Below, one piece after another: positions 1 to 9,315 of a DNA stretch of 64,000 nucleotides. Below the pieces are notes generated by a model, which did no database searches, was not told the DNA's origin, and was given only the letters and a program-made list of their open reading frames with translations. The stretch covers positions 101,338 to 165,337 of the forward strand of contig CAVONQ010000005.1 in assembly GCA_963697335.1 (NCBI GenBank), given 5' to 3'. Source of the stretch: an uncultured cyanobacterium. GTDB lineage: Bacteria; Cyanobacteriota; Cyanobacteriia; PCC-6307; Cyanobiaceae. Numbering within the stretch: position 1 is the stretch's first letter; each line of letters opens with the position of its first letter. A program made the translations under genes and the position numbers.

Positions 1-206
1 TGGTTCTTGGCCCGCTCACCGAGGCGCATGGTGCGGCGCTCCTGGTCGCTGTACTCACAGGCTGGCCCCTGACCGCCGGCCTCCCGGCAGCGCTCCTGCA
101 ACCCGGCCATGGCCTGCACCTTGCGGCCCAGGGTGAGCTCCTGCTCCGGGGAAAGCAGTTGATGGCGACCGATCTCGGCCAGATAGGCGCTCAGTGAGCT
201 TGGCAT
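1..206 (-). CDS. RNA polymerase sigma-70 family (group 2) sigma factor, 5' part only
   Basis: Manual translation from ATG at 206: MPSSLSAYLAEIGRHQLLSPEQELTLGRKVQAM, a sigma region 1.2 pattern; runs off the window. Confidence 0.85.
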   Translation of the reverse strand, partial: MPSSLSAYLAEIGRHQLLSPEQELTLGRKVQAMAGLQERCREAGGQGPACEYSDQERRTMRLGERAKN

Positions 207-400
207 CGATAGCGACTTGAGTTGAATGAACCTAAGGAATTTTTCGGCCAAACCAAGAATCAACGGAAAAGCTTCCAACCTTCCAACTTGCTACACATTT
301 TCAGCAACACTTCATCTTCACTTCGGAGCTGCCAGCTCGCGGCCGCGGTGATGTCGCCGTTAAACTCGCGCGGCTGAAGAACCATGGAATTCACCCCCGC

Positions 401-901
401 ATGCCCCTGCTGGCCGCACTTCCCGCCGATGTGCTCCCCCGTGCCGGGGTGGCCTATGTGCACTACCTGAGCTTCATGGTCTGTTTCGGGGCGCTGGTCC
501 TGGAGCGGCGTCTGATCGCCCCGAACCCCAGCAAGGAGAACGCCACCTTGATGGTGATCACGGACATCGTCTACGGCCTGGCGGCCCTGGCGCTGCTGGG
601 CAGCGGCATCCTGCGTGTGTTGTATTACGGACAGATCAGCAGCTTCTACACCGAGAATCCCCTCTTCTGGTGGAAGGTCGGGGTCTACCTCTCCGTGGGT
701 GCCCTGTCCCTCTATCCAACAGTCACCTACATCCTCTGGGCGATTCCGCTGCGCAAGGGAGAACTGCCCCAGGTGAGTGAGGCCCTGGCCCAACGGCTGG
801 CCTGGATCCTGAACATCGAACTGGCCGGTTTCGCCCTGATTCCCCTGCTGGCCACTCTCATGGCCCGGGGCGTGGGTCTGCCCAGCCAGGGGTTGGGCTG
901 A
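401..901 (+). CDS. DUF2214 family membrane protein
   Basis: Four hydrophobic segments; AYVHYLSFM, D..YG..A, FY..NPLFW.K and LATLMARG motifs. Confidence 0.8.
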   Translation: MPLLAALPADVLPRAGVAYVHYLSFMVCFGALVLERRLIAPNPSKENATLMVITDIVYGLAALALLGSGILRVLYYGQISSFYTENPLFWWKVGVYLSVGALSLYPTVTYILWAIPLRKGELPQVSEALAQRLAWILNIELAGFALIPLLATLMARGVGLPSQGLG

Positions 902-993
902 GACCACTGACCAGGATGCGACGCTTGCTGCGACGGGTCGTCCCCCCCACCCCGATCCCCTTCGGGCTTCTGGGGGTTGGGATTCCAGCCTCG

Positions 994-1791
994 ATGGCCA
1001 AGCACCTCCTGGTCCTGCCCCTGACCAGCGCCCTCCTGGCCCAACCCCTGGCCCAGCCGCTGCTGGCCGCCACGCCAGCCGGCTCCCCTGGCTGCCCCGT
1101 CGCCGAAGACAGGCACCTGCTGCCCCTGCCTCCAGCCGCTGAGCGAACCCCGCCCCCAGCAGCTCCAGCAGTGGCCCGCGACTACCGCCACCTGCTGAGG
1201 CCCACCCACAGGGGGTGGCCCCGGCGCGACCACTGGTGCGTCTGGATCGAGCCGGGCGCCACGACAGGGCCGGCAGCCCGCTGGGATGGCCGTTGGCGTC
1301 AGGCAGTGCAGGCCGCCCTGAACACCTGGAGCGCGGAGCTGCCGATCACCCTGGTGGACGATCCCCGCCAGGCCCAGATTCAGCTGCTGCGCCGCCGGCC
1401 TCCCCTCAGGGGTGGGCGGGCCAGCCATGGCCGGGCCGAGTTGCAGCTCGTGGCCGTGTTGCGGCAGGGCCGCTGGCAGCTGGAGCCCGAGGTGCTGGTG
1501 AGCATCAGTCCGGGGCAGCGGCTGGAGGCCACCCAGGCCACGGCCCTGCATGAGCTGGGCCACGCCTTCGGGCTCTGGGGCCACAGCGATGTTGCCGGCG
1601 ACGCCCTGGCCGCGATTCCAGGCCCGATGCCAGTGCTGGAGCTGAGCGAGCGGGATCGGGCCACCCTGCGCTGGCTGCAGGCCCAGCCCGGCCTCAGCCA
1701 GCCGCCGCCTGCAGCCACGGCGCCAGCAGCAGGGCCAGCAGAAACGCCAGCAACTGCAGGATCACCACACACGGTCCTGAGGGCAGATTGA
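994..1791 (+). CDS. Matrixin-like (metzincin) Zn metallopeptidase
   Basis: HELGHAFGLWGHS zinc motif, LSERDRATL tail, signal-like N-terminus; start uncertain (916 or 994). Confidence 0.8.
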   Translation: MAKHLLVLPLTSALLAQPLAQPLLAATPAGSPGCPVAEDRHLLPLPPAAERTPPPAAPAVARDYRHLLRPTHRGWPRRDHWCVWIEPGATTGPAARWDGRWRQAVQAALNTWSAELPITLVDDPRQAQIQLLRRRPPLRGGRASHGRAELQLVAVLRQGRWQLEPEVLVSISPGQRLEATQATALHELGHAFGLWGHSDVAGDALAAIPGPMPVLELSERDRATLRWLQAQPGLSQPPPAATAPAAGPAETPATAGSPHTVLRAD

Positions 1792-2542
1792 GCAGGCCGG
1801 AGAGCAGCAGCCCGGCCACGCCGCAGCCGGCCCCCAGCAGGGTGGCCGTGGCCATGTAGCTGCCGAAGGAACGGCTGACCAACCGGGCCGAACAGGCCGG
1901 AATCACCAGAAAAGCACTGATCAACAGCACCCCCACCGCCTTGATCGAGAGGGCCACCACCACCGCCAGCACCACCACGAACAGCAGGCGCTGTCGTGCC
2001 ACCGCCACCCCCTGAGTGGTGGCCAACCCCTCATCGAGGGTGAGCAGGATCTGGCTGCGGCGGGTGAGCAGCAGGTAGGCCAGCACCAGCACCAGCAGGC
2101 CGGCGATCAGGGCCAGATCCAGCCAGCCCACCGCCAGGATGTCGCCGAACAGCAGCTGTTCCAGGCTGTTGCGCCGGCCAGGCACCAGGCTGAGCACCAC
2201 CACTGCGATCGCCAGGGCCGAGGAGTAGACGATGTTGAGCAGGGCATCGGCGGGCAGGCTGCTGCGCTGCACCAGCTGGCCCACGAGCAGGGCAAACAGC
2301 ACGGCAAAGGGGATCAACACCGCGGTTGGGTTCAGGCCCAGCACCAGCCCGAGGCTGATGCCGAGCAGGGCTGAATGGCCCAGGGCATCGCTGAAGAAGG
2401 AGAGCTGCCGCAACACCGCCACACTGCCCAGCAGGCCCCCGAGGCCGCCGCTGAGCAGCCCGGCGAGCATGGCCCGCTGCATGAAGGGCAGGGCCAGCAG
2501 CTCATCCAGGGGGGGCAGCGGGGCGAGGGCCACCGGGGTCAT
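1694..2542 (-). CDS. znuB: Zn/Mn ABC transporter permease (ZnuB-type)
   Basis: FFSDALGHSALLG, LLFGDIL and VGVLLISAFLVIP motifs; ATG at 2542 overlaps the stop of the ATPase gene. Confidence 0.85.
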   Translation of the reverse strand: MTPVALAPLPPLDELLALPFMQRAMLAGLLSGGLGGLLGSVAVLRQLSFFSDALGHSALLGISLGLVLGLNPTAVLIPFAVLFALLVGQLVQRSSLPADALLNIVYSSALAIAVVVLSLVPGRRNSLEQLLFGDILAVGWLDLALIAGLLVLVLAYLLLTRRSQILLTLDEGLATTQGVAVARQRLLFVVVLAVVVALSIKAVGVLLISAFLVIPACSARLVSRSFGSYMATATLLGAGCGVAGLLLSGLLNLPSGPCVVILQLLAFLLALLLAPWLQAAAG

Positions 2543-3435
2543 GGACTGGGCAGGGCCAGGCCGCTCGGATGATGGTGGTGGTACGGCACGTAGCCGGAGC
2601 CATAGAGGCGCTCCAGTTCCGCCGGTTGCAAGGCGTGGTCGGGCGGGCCGGAGCAGCGCAGGCTGCGGTTGAGGCACAGCACCCGGTCGCAGGTGCGGCG
2701 CACCATGGCCAGGTCGTGGGACACCTGCAGCACGGCCCAGCCCTCGGTGCGGCGCAACTCAAACAGCAGGCTGTGAAACTGATCGGAGGCCTGGGGATCG
2801 AGGCCGGCCTGGGCCTCATCCAGCACCAGCAAGCGCCGCGGCCGCACCACGCAGAACGCCAGCAGCACCCTCTTCCACTGGCCGGGAGAAAGGCTGCTGA
2901 TCAGGCGTTCGGCCAGATCCTGCACCGCCGTGCGGCGCAGGGCCTCGCGCACCGCCGCGCTGCGGCCGGCCCGGCGGCTCCAGGGCAGCTGCAGCCCGCT
3001 GGGCTCCCAGCCCAGGGCCACGAATTCGGCCACCGTGAGGGGAAAGCGGCCGCGAATCACCACCTGCTGGGGCAGGTAGGCCACCTGGGCGCGCACGGCG
3101 GCAGGCAGGTGGCCTGCCGGAGAGAGGGGCGCTCCGAGCAGGCGCACCTCGCCGGCCTGGCGCGGCAGCAGGCCCAGGATTGCCTGCACCAGGGTGCTCT
3201 TGCCGGCTCCGTTGGGGCCTACCAGGGCCGTGTCGGATTCGGCCTCCAGCACAAAGCTCACGTTCTCCACAGCGGCGGGCCGTCTGGAGGGTGATGGCCC
3301 TGGGGCTGATCGCGCCCTCCCCCGAGGGCTCAGGCTGGTTGCAGGCCCGTCAGCGCCGCCGCCGCCGTGGACGTGGCCACCGTTGACGCCGCGGCACACG
3401 GTGAGTCCGCTGACTTCGAGAACGGTTTCCATCAT
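2539..3435 (-). CDS. znuC: Zn/Mn ABC transporter ATP-binding protein
   Basis: Walker A GPNGAGKST, LVLDE, VSHDL, C-terminal LCLNR..C and HHHH. Confidence 0.85.
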   Translation of the reverse strand: MMETVLEVSGLTVCRGVNGGHVHGGGGADGPATSLSPRGRARSAPGPSPSRRPAAVENVSFVLEAESDTALVGPNGAGKSTLVQAILGLLPRQAGEVRLLGAPLSPAGHLPAAVRAQVAYLPQQVVIRGRFPLTVAEFVALGWEPSGLQLPWSRRAGRSAAVREALRRTAVQDLAERLISSLSPGQWKRVLLAFCVVRPRRLLVLDEAQAGLDPQASDQFHSLLFELRRTEGWAVLQVSHDLAMVRRTCDRVLCLNRSLRCSGPPDHALQPAELERLYGSGYVPYHHHHPSGLALPSP

Positions 3436-3444
3436 CAGTTGAAT

Positions 3445-4497
3445 TTAGCTGCCAGATGGGCGCGAACCCTTCAGCACCTCAACCAGGGCCGAGCCGTTGC
3501 GCTCCATCACCTCCAGGAAGTGGTCCGGGGCCTCAGCCACGGGCACCGAGGCGGCCTCGAGGGGGTCGAAGGGCACCAGCACCAGCTGCCGATCACGCAC
3601 CAGGGCGACCAGGGCCCCGGGGGGTTCGCCTGGATCCACCAGGACGCCGTTGAGGCCCTGGCTGCGGACCACGGCGTCCACGCGGCGCAGGTCGGCGGGA
3701 CCCGGGGCCATCTCTGGCTCCGGGACCAGGAAGGTGCTGCTGAGGCCGTAGCGCTGGGCCAGGTAGGGAGTCACATCGTGCTGGCTCACCAGGGTGCGGC
3801 CGCGGTAGGGGGCCAGGGCGGTCGCCAGCCGCTTGTCCAGGGCTTCGAGGCGCTCGGTGTAGGCCGCGGCTCGCTCGCGGTAGCCCTCGGCGCAGCCGGG
3901 GTCCTCGCGGATCAGGGCATCGCGGATGGTGCTCACCTGCTGGGCGGCATTGCGGGGATCGAGCCAGCCATGGGGGTTGTCGGGGCCGTGCCTGTGGCCC
4001 GCGTGGCTGTGGTCGTCGTGGCTGTGGTCGTCATGGCCCTGCTTGCCGCCATGGGGCTCCTCAGCAGGGATGGGGGTGAGCTCGGCGCTGGCATCGATCA
4101 CGGTGAGGCCACTGGCGGCGGCGCCGCTCACCAGCTTGTCGAGAAAGGTCTCGAGCCCGAGGCCATTGATCACGAGCAGCTCGGCCTGCCCCACCTTCAG
4201 CAGATCGCCGGGGCTGGCCCGGTAACTGTGGGGCCCGGTACCCGGCGGCAGCAGCTGGGACACCGTGGCGCAGTCGCCGGCGACGGCCTGGGTGAGGGCC
4301 GTGGCGGGAAACACGCTGGTGAGCACAGCCAGGCGCTGCTGGTCGGGACCCGACGACTCGGCCGGCGCTGAAGACCCCTGGGGCCCACCGGCGCGGGGAG
4401 CACATCCCACCAGGAGGGCCGTTGCGGCCAGACAACCTGCGGCCCGAAGGATGGAAGCGAGCACAAGAACCACGTCGAGGAGGGGATCGCGGCCCAC
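3445..4497 (-). CDS. znuA: Zn ABC transporter substrate-binding lipoprotein
   Basis: Lipobox LVGC, PHSY, NGLGLETF, His-rich loop, NPHGWLDP. Confidence 0.85.
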   Translation of the reverse strand: MGRDPLLDVVLVLASILRAAGCLAATALLVGCAPRAGGPQGSSAPAESSGPDQQRLAVLTSVFPATALTQAVAGDCATVSQLLPPGTGPHSYRASPGDLLKVGQAELLVINGLGLETFLDKLVSGAAASGLTVIDASAELTPIPAEEPHGGKQGHDDHSHDDHSHAGHRHGPDNPHGWLDPRNAAQQVSTIRDALIREDPGCAEGYRERAAAYTERLEALDKRLATALAPYRGRTLVSQHDVTPYLAQRYGLSSTFLVPEPEMAPGPADLRRVDAVVRSQGLNGVLVDPGEPPGALVALVRDRQLVLVPFDPLEAASVPVAEAPDHFLEVMERNGSALVEVLKGSRPSGS

Positions 4498-4526
4498 TGA
4501 ACCGCTGAGCCGCCAAGAGGCTAAAC

Positions 4527-4545
4527 GATAATGGTTCTCACTTTC
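4527..4545. promoter_or_regulatory. Candidate Zur/Fur-family box upstream of znuA
   Basis: GATAATGGTTCTCACTTTC; its reverse complement matches GATAATGATAATCATTATC at 15 of 19 positions; AT-rich patch 30 bp before znuA. Confidence 0.65.
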
Positions 4546-4558
4546 TGCGGGGATGGGC

Positions 4559-5290
4559 TCACGGCCTGCGGGGCGCGCCGCTGCGGGCAGCCAGAACCTG
4601 CTGCACCTGCCGCCAGCTGACGCCGTGGAAGGCCAGGGCCACCTGCAGGTGATACACGAGATCGGCGGCCTCCCCAGCGATCTCCGCAGGCTGGCCGTCC
4701 TTGCAGGCCATCACGAACTCGGCACTCTCCTCGCCGATTTTCTTGAGGATGCGATTGTCGCCCCCCTCCAGCAGTTTGTTGGTGTAGCTGCCGGGCTCGG
4801 GCTGGTCACGGCGCCCCTCAATCACCCGCATCAGTTCGGTGCAGGCATCGGCGGGCGGCGGCGGCGCGGCGGCTCCGCCGGCACTGGGCTCGGGCCCGTC
4901 GTCATAGAAGCAGCTGCGGGCGCCGGTGTGGCAGGCCACATCACCCACCTGCTCGATGCTGAGCAGCAGCACATCGGCGTCGCAGTCGTAACGCAGGCCG
5001 CGCAGGTGCTGGGTGTGGCCACTGGTGGCCCCCTTGTGCCAGAGCTGCTGACGCGAGCGGCTCCAGTAGTGCACTTCGCCGCTCTCCAACGTGCGTTGCA
5101 ATGCCTCCCGGTTCATCCAGGCCAGCATCAGCACCGCCCCGTCCAGCCAGTCCTGGGCCACGGCGGGAATCAGGCCATCGGCACTGAAACGCAGCGCCTC
5201 GATCAGGCCTGGCTCCGGCAGCTGCCCCGGCCCACGCTGAAATAGACCTTGCAACGTCACCGCTCTGCCGCTGCTTCGATCCTCTCCCAT
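4559..5290 (-). CDS. hisIE: Bifunctional phosphoribosyl-AMP cyclohydrolase/phosphoribosyl-ATP pyrophosphatase
   Basis: YWSRSRQQLWHKGATSGH, DCDAD, ACHTGARSCF, KKIGEE, EAADLVYH. Confidence 0.95.
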   Translation of the reverse strand: MGEDRSSGRAVTLQGLFQRGPGQLPEPGLIEALRFSADGLIPAVAQDWLDGAVLMLAWMNREALQRTLESGEVHYWSRSRQQLWHKGATSGHTQHLRGLRYDCDADVLLLSIEQVGDVACHTGARSCFYDDGPEPSAGGAAAPPPPADACTELMRVIEGRRDQPEPGSYTNKLLEGGDNRILKKIGEESAEFVMACKDGQPAEIAGEAADLVYHLQVALAFHGVSWRQVQQVLAARSGAPRRP

Positions 5291-5780
5291 GCCCGCGCCG
5301 GCGACCTACACCTGCAGCAAGCACTTTGAGGGCTATCCGTGCTGCCATCGCCAGTGGCGCCATGGCGGCCACTGCCGCTTCGTGCACGGCTACAGCCGCA
5401 GCTTCACCTTCTGGTTCGCCGCCACCGACCTCGATGCCTGCGGCTTCGTGGTGGACTTCTCCAGCCTCAGGCCCCTGGAGGCCCAGCTGGCCCACCAGTT
5501 CGACCACACGTTTCTGGCCAATGCCGACGATCCCCTGCTGGAGCAGTGGCAGACCCTGCACAATGCCGGTGCCCTGGATCTGCGGGTGATGCAGAACGTG
5601 GGCATGGAGGCCAGTGCCGCCCTCGTGTGGGGCTGGGCCAACGAACTGCTGCAGCGCCGCGATGGCGGCCGCAGTTGCTGCTGGAAGAGCGAAGCCCGGG
5701 AAAACAGCCACAACGCCGCCACTTACACCGCAACGCCGACGTGGTTCGAGGGCAGTCTCTTCGCGGGGCCTCAGGCGTGA
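5289..5780 (+). CDS. queD: 6-carboxytetrahydropterin synthase (PTPS/QueD family)
   Basis: C...HGY, VVDFS, FDHTFL motifs. Confidence 0.8.
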   Translation: MPAPATYTCSKHFEGYPCCHRQWRHGGHCRFVHGYSRSFTFWFAATDLDACGFVVDFSSLRPLEAQLAHQFDHTFLANADDPLLEQWQTLHNAGALDLRVMQNVGMEASAALVWGWANELLQRRDGGRSCCWKSEARENSHNAATYTATPTWFEGSLFAGPQA

Positions 5781-6739
5781 GTCTCACCCGGCTGGCCACG
5801 GCCTGGGCCCTGTTTCAGGGGTTGCTGGTGGAGGCCCTGCCCTTTTTGCTGATCGGCGTGGCGATCGCCGCCCTGGCCCGGCGCTTTGCGCCGGGGGGGC
5901 GCTGGCTGCGGCGGCTGCCGGCCCACCCCGTGTGGGGCCCCCTCACCGGCGCCGCCCTGGGGTTCGCCCTGCCTGCCTGTGAGTGCGGCAACGTGCCGGT
6001 GGCGCGGCGGCTGCTGGTGGGCGGCGCGCCGGTGGGCACGGGGCTGGGCTTTCTGTTCGCGGCTCCGGTGCTGAATCCGATCGTGCTGGCCAGCACCTGG
6101 GCGGCCTTTCCGGACCGGCCCTGGATGCTGCTGGCCCGACCCCTCGGGGCCGTGCTGCTGGCCCTGGGCCTGACCCTGGTGCTGCGGCAGCTGCCCGAGG
6201 CCGAGCTGTTCCGCACCGATCTGCTGGAGGAGCGGCGGCTGAACCAGCCCCTGAGCAGCGTCAGCCTGCTGGAGCGCCGCGCCGGGGTGGTGGGCCTCAC
6301 CGAGCCGATGGCGCCGCCGCAGCCGGTGGAGCGGCCGAGCTGGGCCACCGTGCTGCAGCACGGCAGCCGCGAGTTCATCGATCTGGCCCTGCTGCTGGTG
6401 CTCGGCTGCGCCATCGCCGCCCTGGTGCAGAGCCTGCTGCCCCGCCAGTGGTTGCTGGCCGTGGGGGGCGCCCCCACCCTCTCGATCCTGGCGCTGATGG
6501 CCCTGAGCCTGGTGGTGTCGGTGTGCTCGAGCGTGGATGCCTTTCTGGCCCTGGGCTTCGCGGCCCAGGTCACACCCGGGGCCCTGCTGGCCTTCCTGCT
6601 GCTGGGCCCCGTGATCGACCTCAAGCTGATCGGTCTGCTGGGCCTGCTGTTCCGCCCCAAGGGCCTGCTGGTGACGGCCACCGGCGCCAGCCTGCTGGTG
6701 CTGGTGATCGGCCAGTGGGTGAACCTGTGGAAGCTCTGA
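5777..6739 (+). CDS. DUF318 family permease
   Basis: EALPFLL, PACECGNVP, SVCSSVDAF, GPVIDLK; GTG start overlaps the queD stop. Confidence 0.85.
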   Translation: MSLTRLATAWALFQGLLVEALPFLLIGVAIAALARRFAPGGRWLRRLPAHPVWGPLTGAALGFALPACECGNVPVARRLLVGGAPVGTGLGFLFAAPVLNPIVLASTWAAFPDRPWMLLARPLGAVLLALGLTLVLRQLPEAELFRTDLLEERRLNQPLSSVSLLERRAGVVGLTEPMAPPQPVERPSWATVLQHGSREFIDLALLLVLGCAIAALVQSLLPRQWLLAVGGAPTLSILALMALSLVVSVCSSVDAFLALGFAAQVTPGALLAFLLLGPVIDLKLIGLLGLLFRPKGLLVTATGASLLVLVIGQWVNLWKL

Positions 6740-6740
6740 G

Positions 6741-7421
6741 ATGGCCAGCCTGAAACAACGCTTTCTGCCCCGGCTGCGCCAGGCCATGCCCCTGGCCCTC
6801 TGGGCCGCCGTGATGCTGCGCAGCAGCGTGGATGGCCGGCTGGATCTGCTGCTGCGGGCCGTGTTCCATCCGCTGGTATGGATCGCCGGGGTGCTGCTGC
6901 TCGGCCTGGCCGTGGCCCAGCTGCGCTGCCGGCCGGAACGGCCCCAGCCCGGCAGCGCCTGGCGGGACCTGCTCACCGTGGCCATCGCCATCGGCCTGCT
7001 GCTGCTGCCCCCCAACCCCTCCTTTGCCGATCTGGCCAGCCAGCGCCCCAGCGACGAGACCGCCGACGCCGAGCTCAGCTTCGTGCTGCCACCGGCCCAG
7101 CGCAGCCTCACGGACTGGGTGCGGCTGCTGCGCAGCCAGCCCGACCCGCAGCTGTTCGAGGGCGATCCGGTGCGCATCAGCGGCTTCGTGCTGCCGATCG
7201 AGGGGGAGCCACCCCAGCTGGCCCGGTTACTGGTGCGCTGCTGCCTGGCCGATGCCACACCGGTGGGATTGTCGGTGCGCTGGCCCAGCGAAGGGCCCAG
7301 GCCCCAGACCGACCAGTGGCTGGCCATCCAAGGCCGCATGGCGGTGACCGAGGGGCGGCTGGAGGTGGTGCCCAGCTCGATTCAGCCGATTCCGCGGCCG
7401 GCCCGGCCGCTGGAGCCATGA
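6741..7421 (+). CDS. TIGR03943/DUF1980 putative permease subunit
   Basis: N-terminal TM helices, G..VRISGFV and R...CCLADA motifs; follows the DUF318 gene. Confidence 0.8.
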   Translation: MASLKQRFLPRLRQAMPLALWAAVMLRSSVDGRLDLLLRAVFHPLVWIAGVLLLGLAVAQLRCRPERPQPGSAWRDLLTVAIAIGLLLLPPNPSFADLASQRPSDETADAELSFVLPPAQRSLTDWVRLLRSQPDPQLFEGDPVRISGFVLPIEGEPPQLARLLVRCCLADATPVGLSVRWPSEGPRPQTDQWLAIQGRMAVTEGRLEVVPSSIQPIPRPARPLEP

Positions 7422-8800
7422 AGCCCAGCTTCCAGGCGCTGCGCTCGGTCGGCAGCCGCGGCCTGTTCGGGGCCCTGGGGGCCCTGGCCGCTGTGGCCAC
7501 CGTGCAGCAACAGCTGCTGGTGCGCCTGCCGCCCCGCCTGGAGCGCCTCAGCACCGCCCCGGCCAGCTCCGGCCCCGCGGCGCTGCAGGCCCGCTTCAGC
7601 CGACCGATCACGGCGGAGAGCCTGCAACAAGGCAGTCGTCTGGAGCCGGACCTGGAGCACCGCTGGCTGGGCCGGGGCGACAACCTGCTGCTCAGCCTCG
7701 GCGATGGCCAGCGGCTGGCGGGGCCCCTGCAACTCGATCTCGCCGGCCGCGATGGCCGCGGCCTGGCCCTGCCGCCCAGCAGCTGGCTGTGGGATCCCCG
7801 CCCCAGGGTGATGGCGGTGGTGCCTGAGGGGGACGGGGAGCAGCTGCAGCTGCGCCACCACGACGGCAGCTGGAGCGCCATCAGCCCGGTGTGGCCCTCG
7901 ATTCCCGTGGTGATCCCGCTCGGCAATGGCTCTGGGGTGGCCGCGGCCAGCCGCGAGCCCTCCGGGCAGCTGCGGCTCTGGACCATCGCCCTGCAGCAGC
8001 GCAACCTGGCGCCCGCTGAGCGCGGACTGGCGCCCGTGCGGGCGGCCGCCCCCCAGCCCCTGGGAGAGGAACGGGTCACCTTCGCCCACCTCAGCAGCAA
8101 CCGGCTGGGGGAGCTGCTGGTGCAGAGCGGCGACCTCGACGACTCGGGCACCCGCGCCGAGCTGATCGCCCCGCGCCGCGATGGCACCCCCCAGGGATCA
8201 CGCTCGCGCCTGCCCTGGCAGGCCACCGGGCCGATGCTGCTGCTGCCCGGCGGCGGCGCCGTGGTGGTGCCTGACAGCGAGGGGCTCCATCTCGAAACCC
8301 TGCCGCCCCGCCAGCCCCGGCGGCAGACCCTGCCGGGCAGCCGCGACCTGAGCAGCTTCTGTCCCCAGGCGGGTCGGGCCCTGCTGCTGCGGCACTGGCC
8401 CGACTTCCGCCGCTCCCTGGAGCTGGTGGAGCCGGGCCAGGCGCCTCGCCAGCTGTGGCTGGGCTCGGAGGCCGTGGTGGCCAGTGCCTGCAGCCGGGGC
8501 GGCGAGCGCGCCTGGGCGCTGCTGGTGGAGGGCCGCGGCCAGCCGGAACTCTCCCTGCTGGTGCTGGACCGACAAGGCAGGGAGCTGGGGCGCCGCCGCC
8601 TCAGCGGCTGGGAGCTGGAGCCGGGCACGGGCCTCCACTACGACCCCAGCAGCGAGCAGCTGCTGGCCGCCCTGCGCCCGCTCTCTCCGATCGGCGAGCC
8701 CCCCCCACCGGCCCAACCCGTGCTGATTGACGCGGTGAGCCTGGCCCTGACCCCCCTGCCCCTGGCCGTGAGCCAGGTGCACTGGCTCCCTCCCGGCTAG
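7418..8800 (+). CDS. Hypothetical membrane-anchored protein (Ig-like plus beta-propeller-like)
   Basis: ATG at 7418 overlaps the upstream stop; N-terminal hydrophobic anchor, FSRP motif, repeated short beta-like segments. Confidence 0.6.
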   Translation: MKPSFQALRSVGSRGLFGALGALAAVATVQQQLLVRLPPRLERLSTAPASSGPAALQARFSRPITAESLQQGSRLEPDLEHRWLGRGDNLLLSLGDGQRLAGPLQLDLAGRDGRGLALPPSSWLWDPRPRVMAVVPEGDGEQLQLRHHDGSWSAISPVWPSIPVVIPLGNGSGVAAASREPSGQLRLWTIALQQRNLAPAERGLAPVRAAAPQPLGEERVTFAHLSSNRLGELLVQSGDLDDSGTRAELIAPRRDGTPQGSRSRLPWQATGPMLLLPGGGAVVVPDSEGLHLETLPPRQPRRQTLPGSRDLSSFCPQAGRALLLRHWPDFRRSLELVEPGQAPRQLWLGSEAVVASACSRGGERAWALLVEGRGQPELSLLVLDRQGRELGRRRLSGWELEPGTGLHYDPSSEQLLAALRPLSPIGEPPPPAQPVLIDAVSLALTPLPLAVSQVHWLPPG

Positions 8801-8824
8801 AACAGCCGCATCGACCATGCGCCT

Positions 8825-9271
8825 GTGGGTCCCACACTCAACGCCAGGCAGATGCGCCTGCTGGACACCCTGCGGCAGACGCCCCAGGAGCTCTCCGGCC
8901 AGGATCTGCATGCGCGGCTGAAGGCCGAGGCCGCCCCCATGGGCCTGGCCACGGTGTACCGCCACCTGCGCCAACTGCAGCAATGGGGCCTGGTGCGCTG
9001 CCGCCATCTGCCCAGCGGCGAGGCCCTGTTCGCCCCCACCGAACGCGACGACCATCACCTCACCTGCGTGGACTGTGGCCACACCCACAGGCTGCAGTGC
9101 TGCCCCGTGCACGGCCTGGAGCCACCCCGCAGCGAGCTGGCCGGCTTCCTGCCCCTGTTCCACACCCTGGAGTTCTTCGGGCTGTGCGAGGCCTGCCAGC
9201 AACGCCAGAGCCAGCAGGGATCCGAGGGGGTGGGCAGGGTTCCAGAGAGGGCGGGTCCAGGCCCCGCCTAG
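8825..9271 (+). CDS. zur: Fur-family regulator, Zur type
   Basis: GLATVYR, DDHHLTCVDCG..CCP, HTLEFFGLCEAC; lies in a zinc cluster. Confidence 0.8.
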   Translation: MGPTLNARQMRLLDTLRQTPQELSGQDLHARLKAEAAPMGLATVYRHLRQLQQWGLVRCRHLPSGEALFAPTERDDHHLTCVDCGHTHRLQCCPVHGLEPPRSELAGFLPLFHTLEFFGLCEACQQRQSQQGSEGVGRVPERAGPGPA

Positions 9272-9315
9272 GTTCGAAGCGGCCCCGGTGGGCCCTCACC
9301 ACAGCGCCTGCCTCC

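Noticed and set aside
288..307. TTGCTA-N8-CAGCAA near-palindrome upstream of the sigma factor
   Set aside because: Does not fit NtcA (GTA-N8-TAC) or Crp consensus; too weak to call
1694..1791. 98-bp convergent overlap of the peptidase and znuB
   Set aside because: The peptidase tail is low-complexity read-through typical of stop-poor GC-rich DNA
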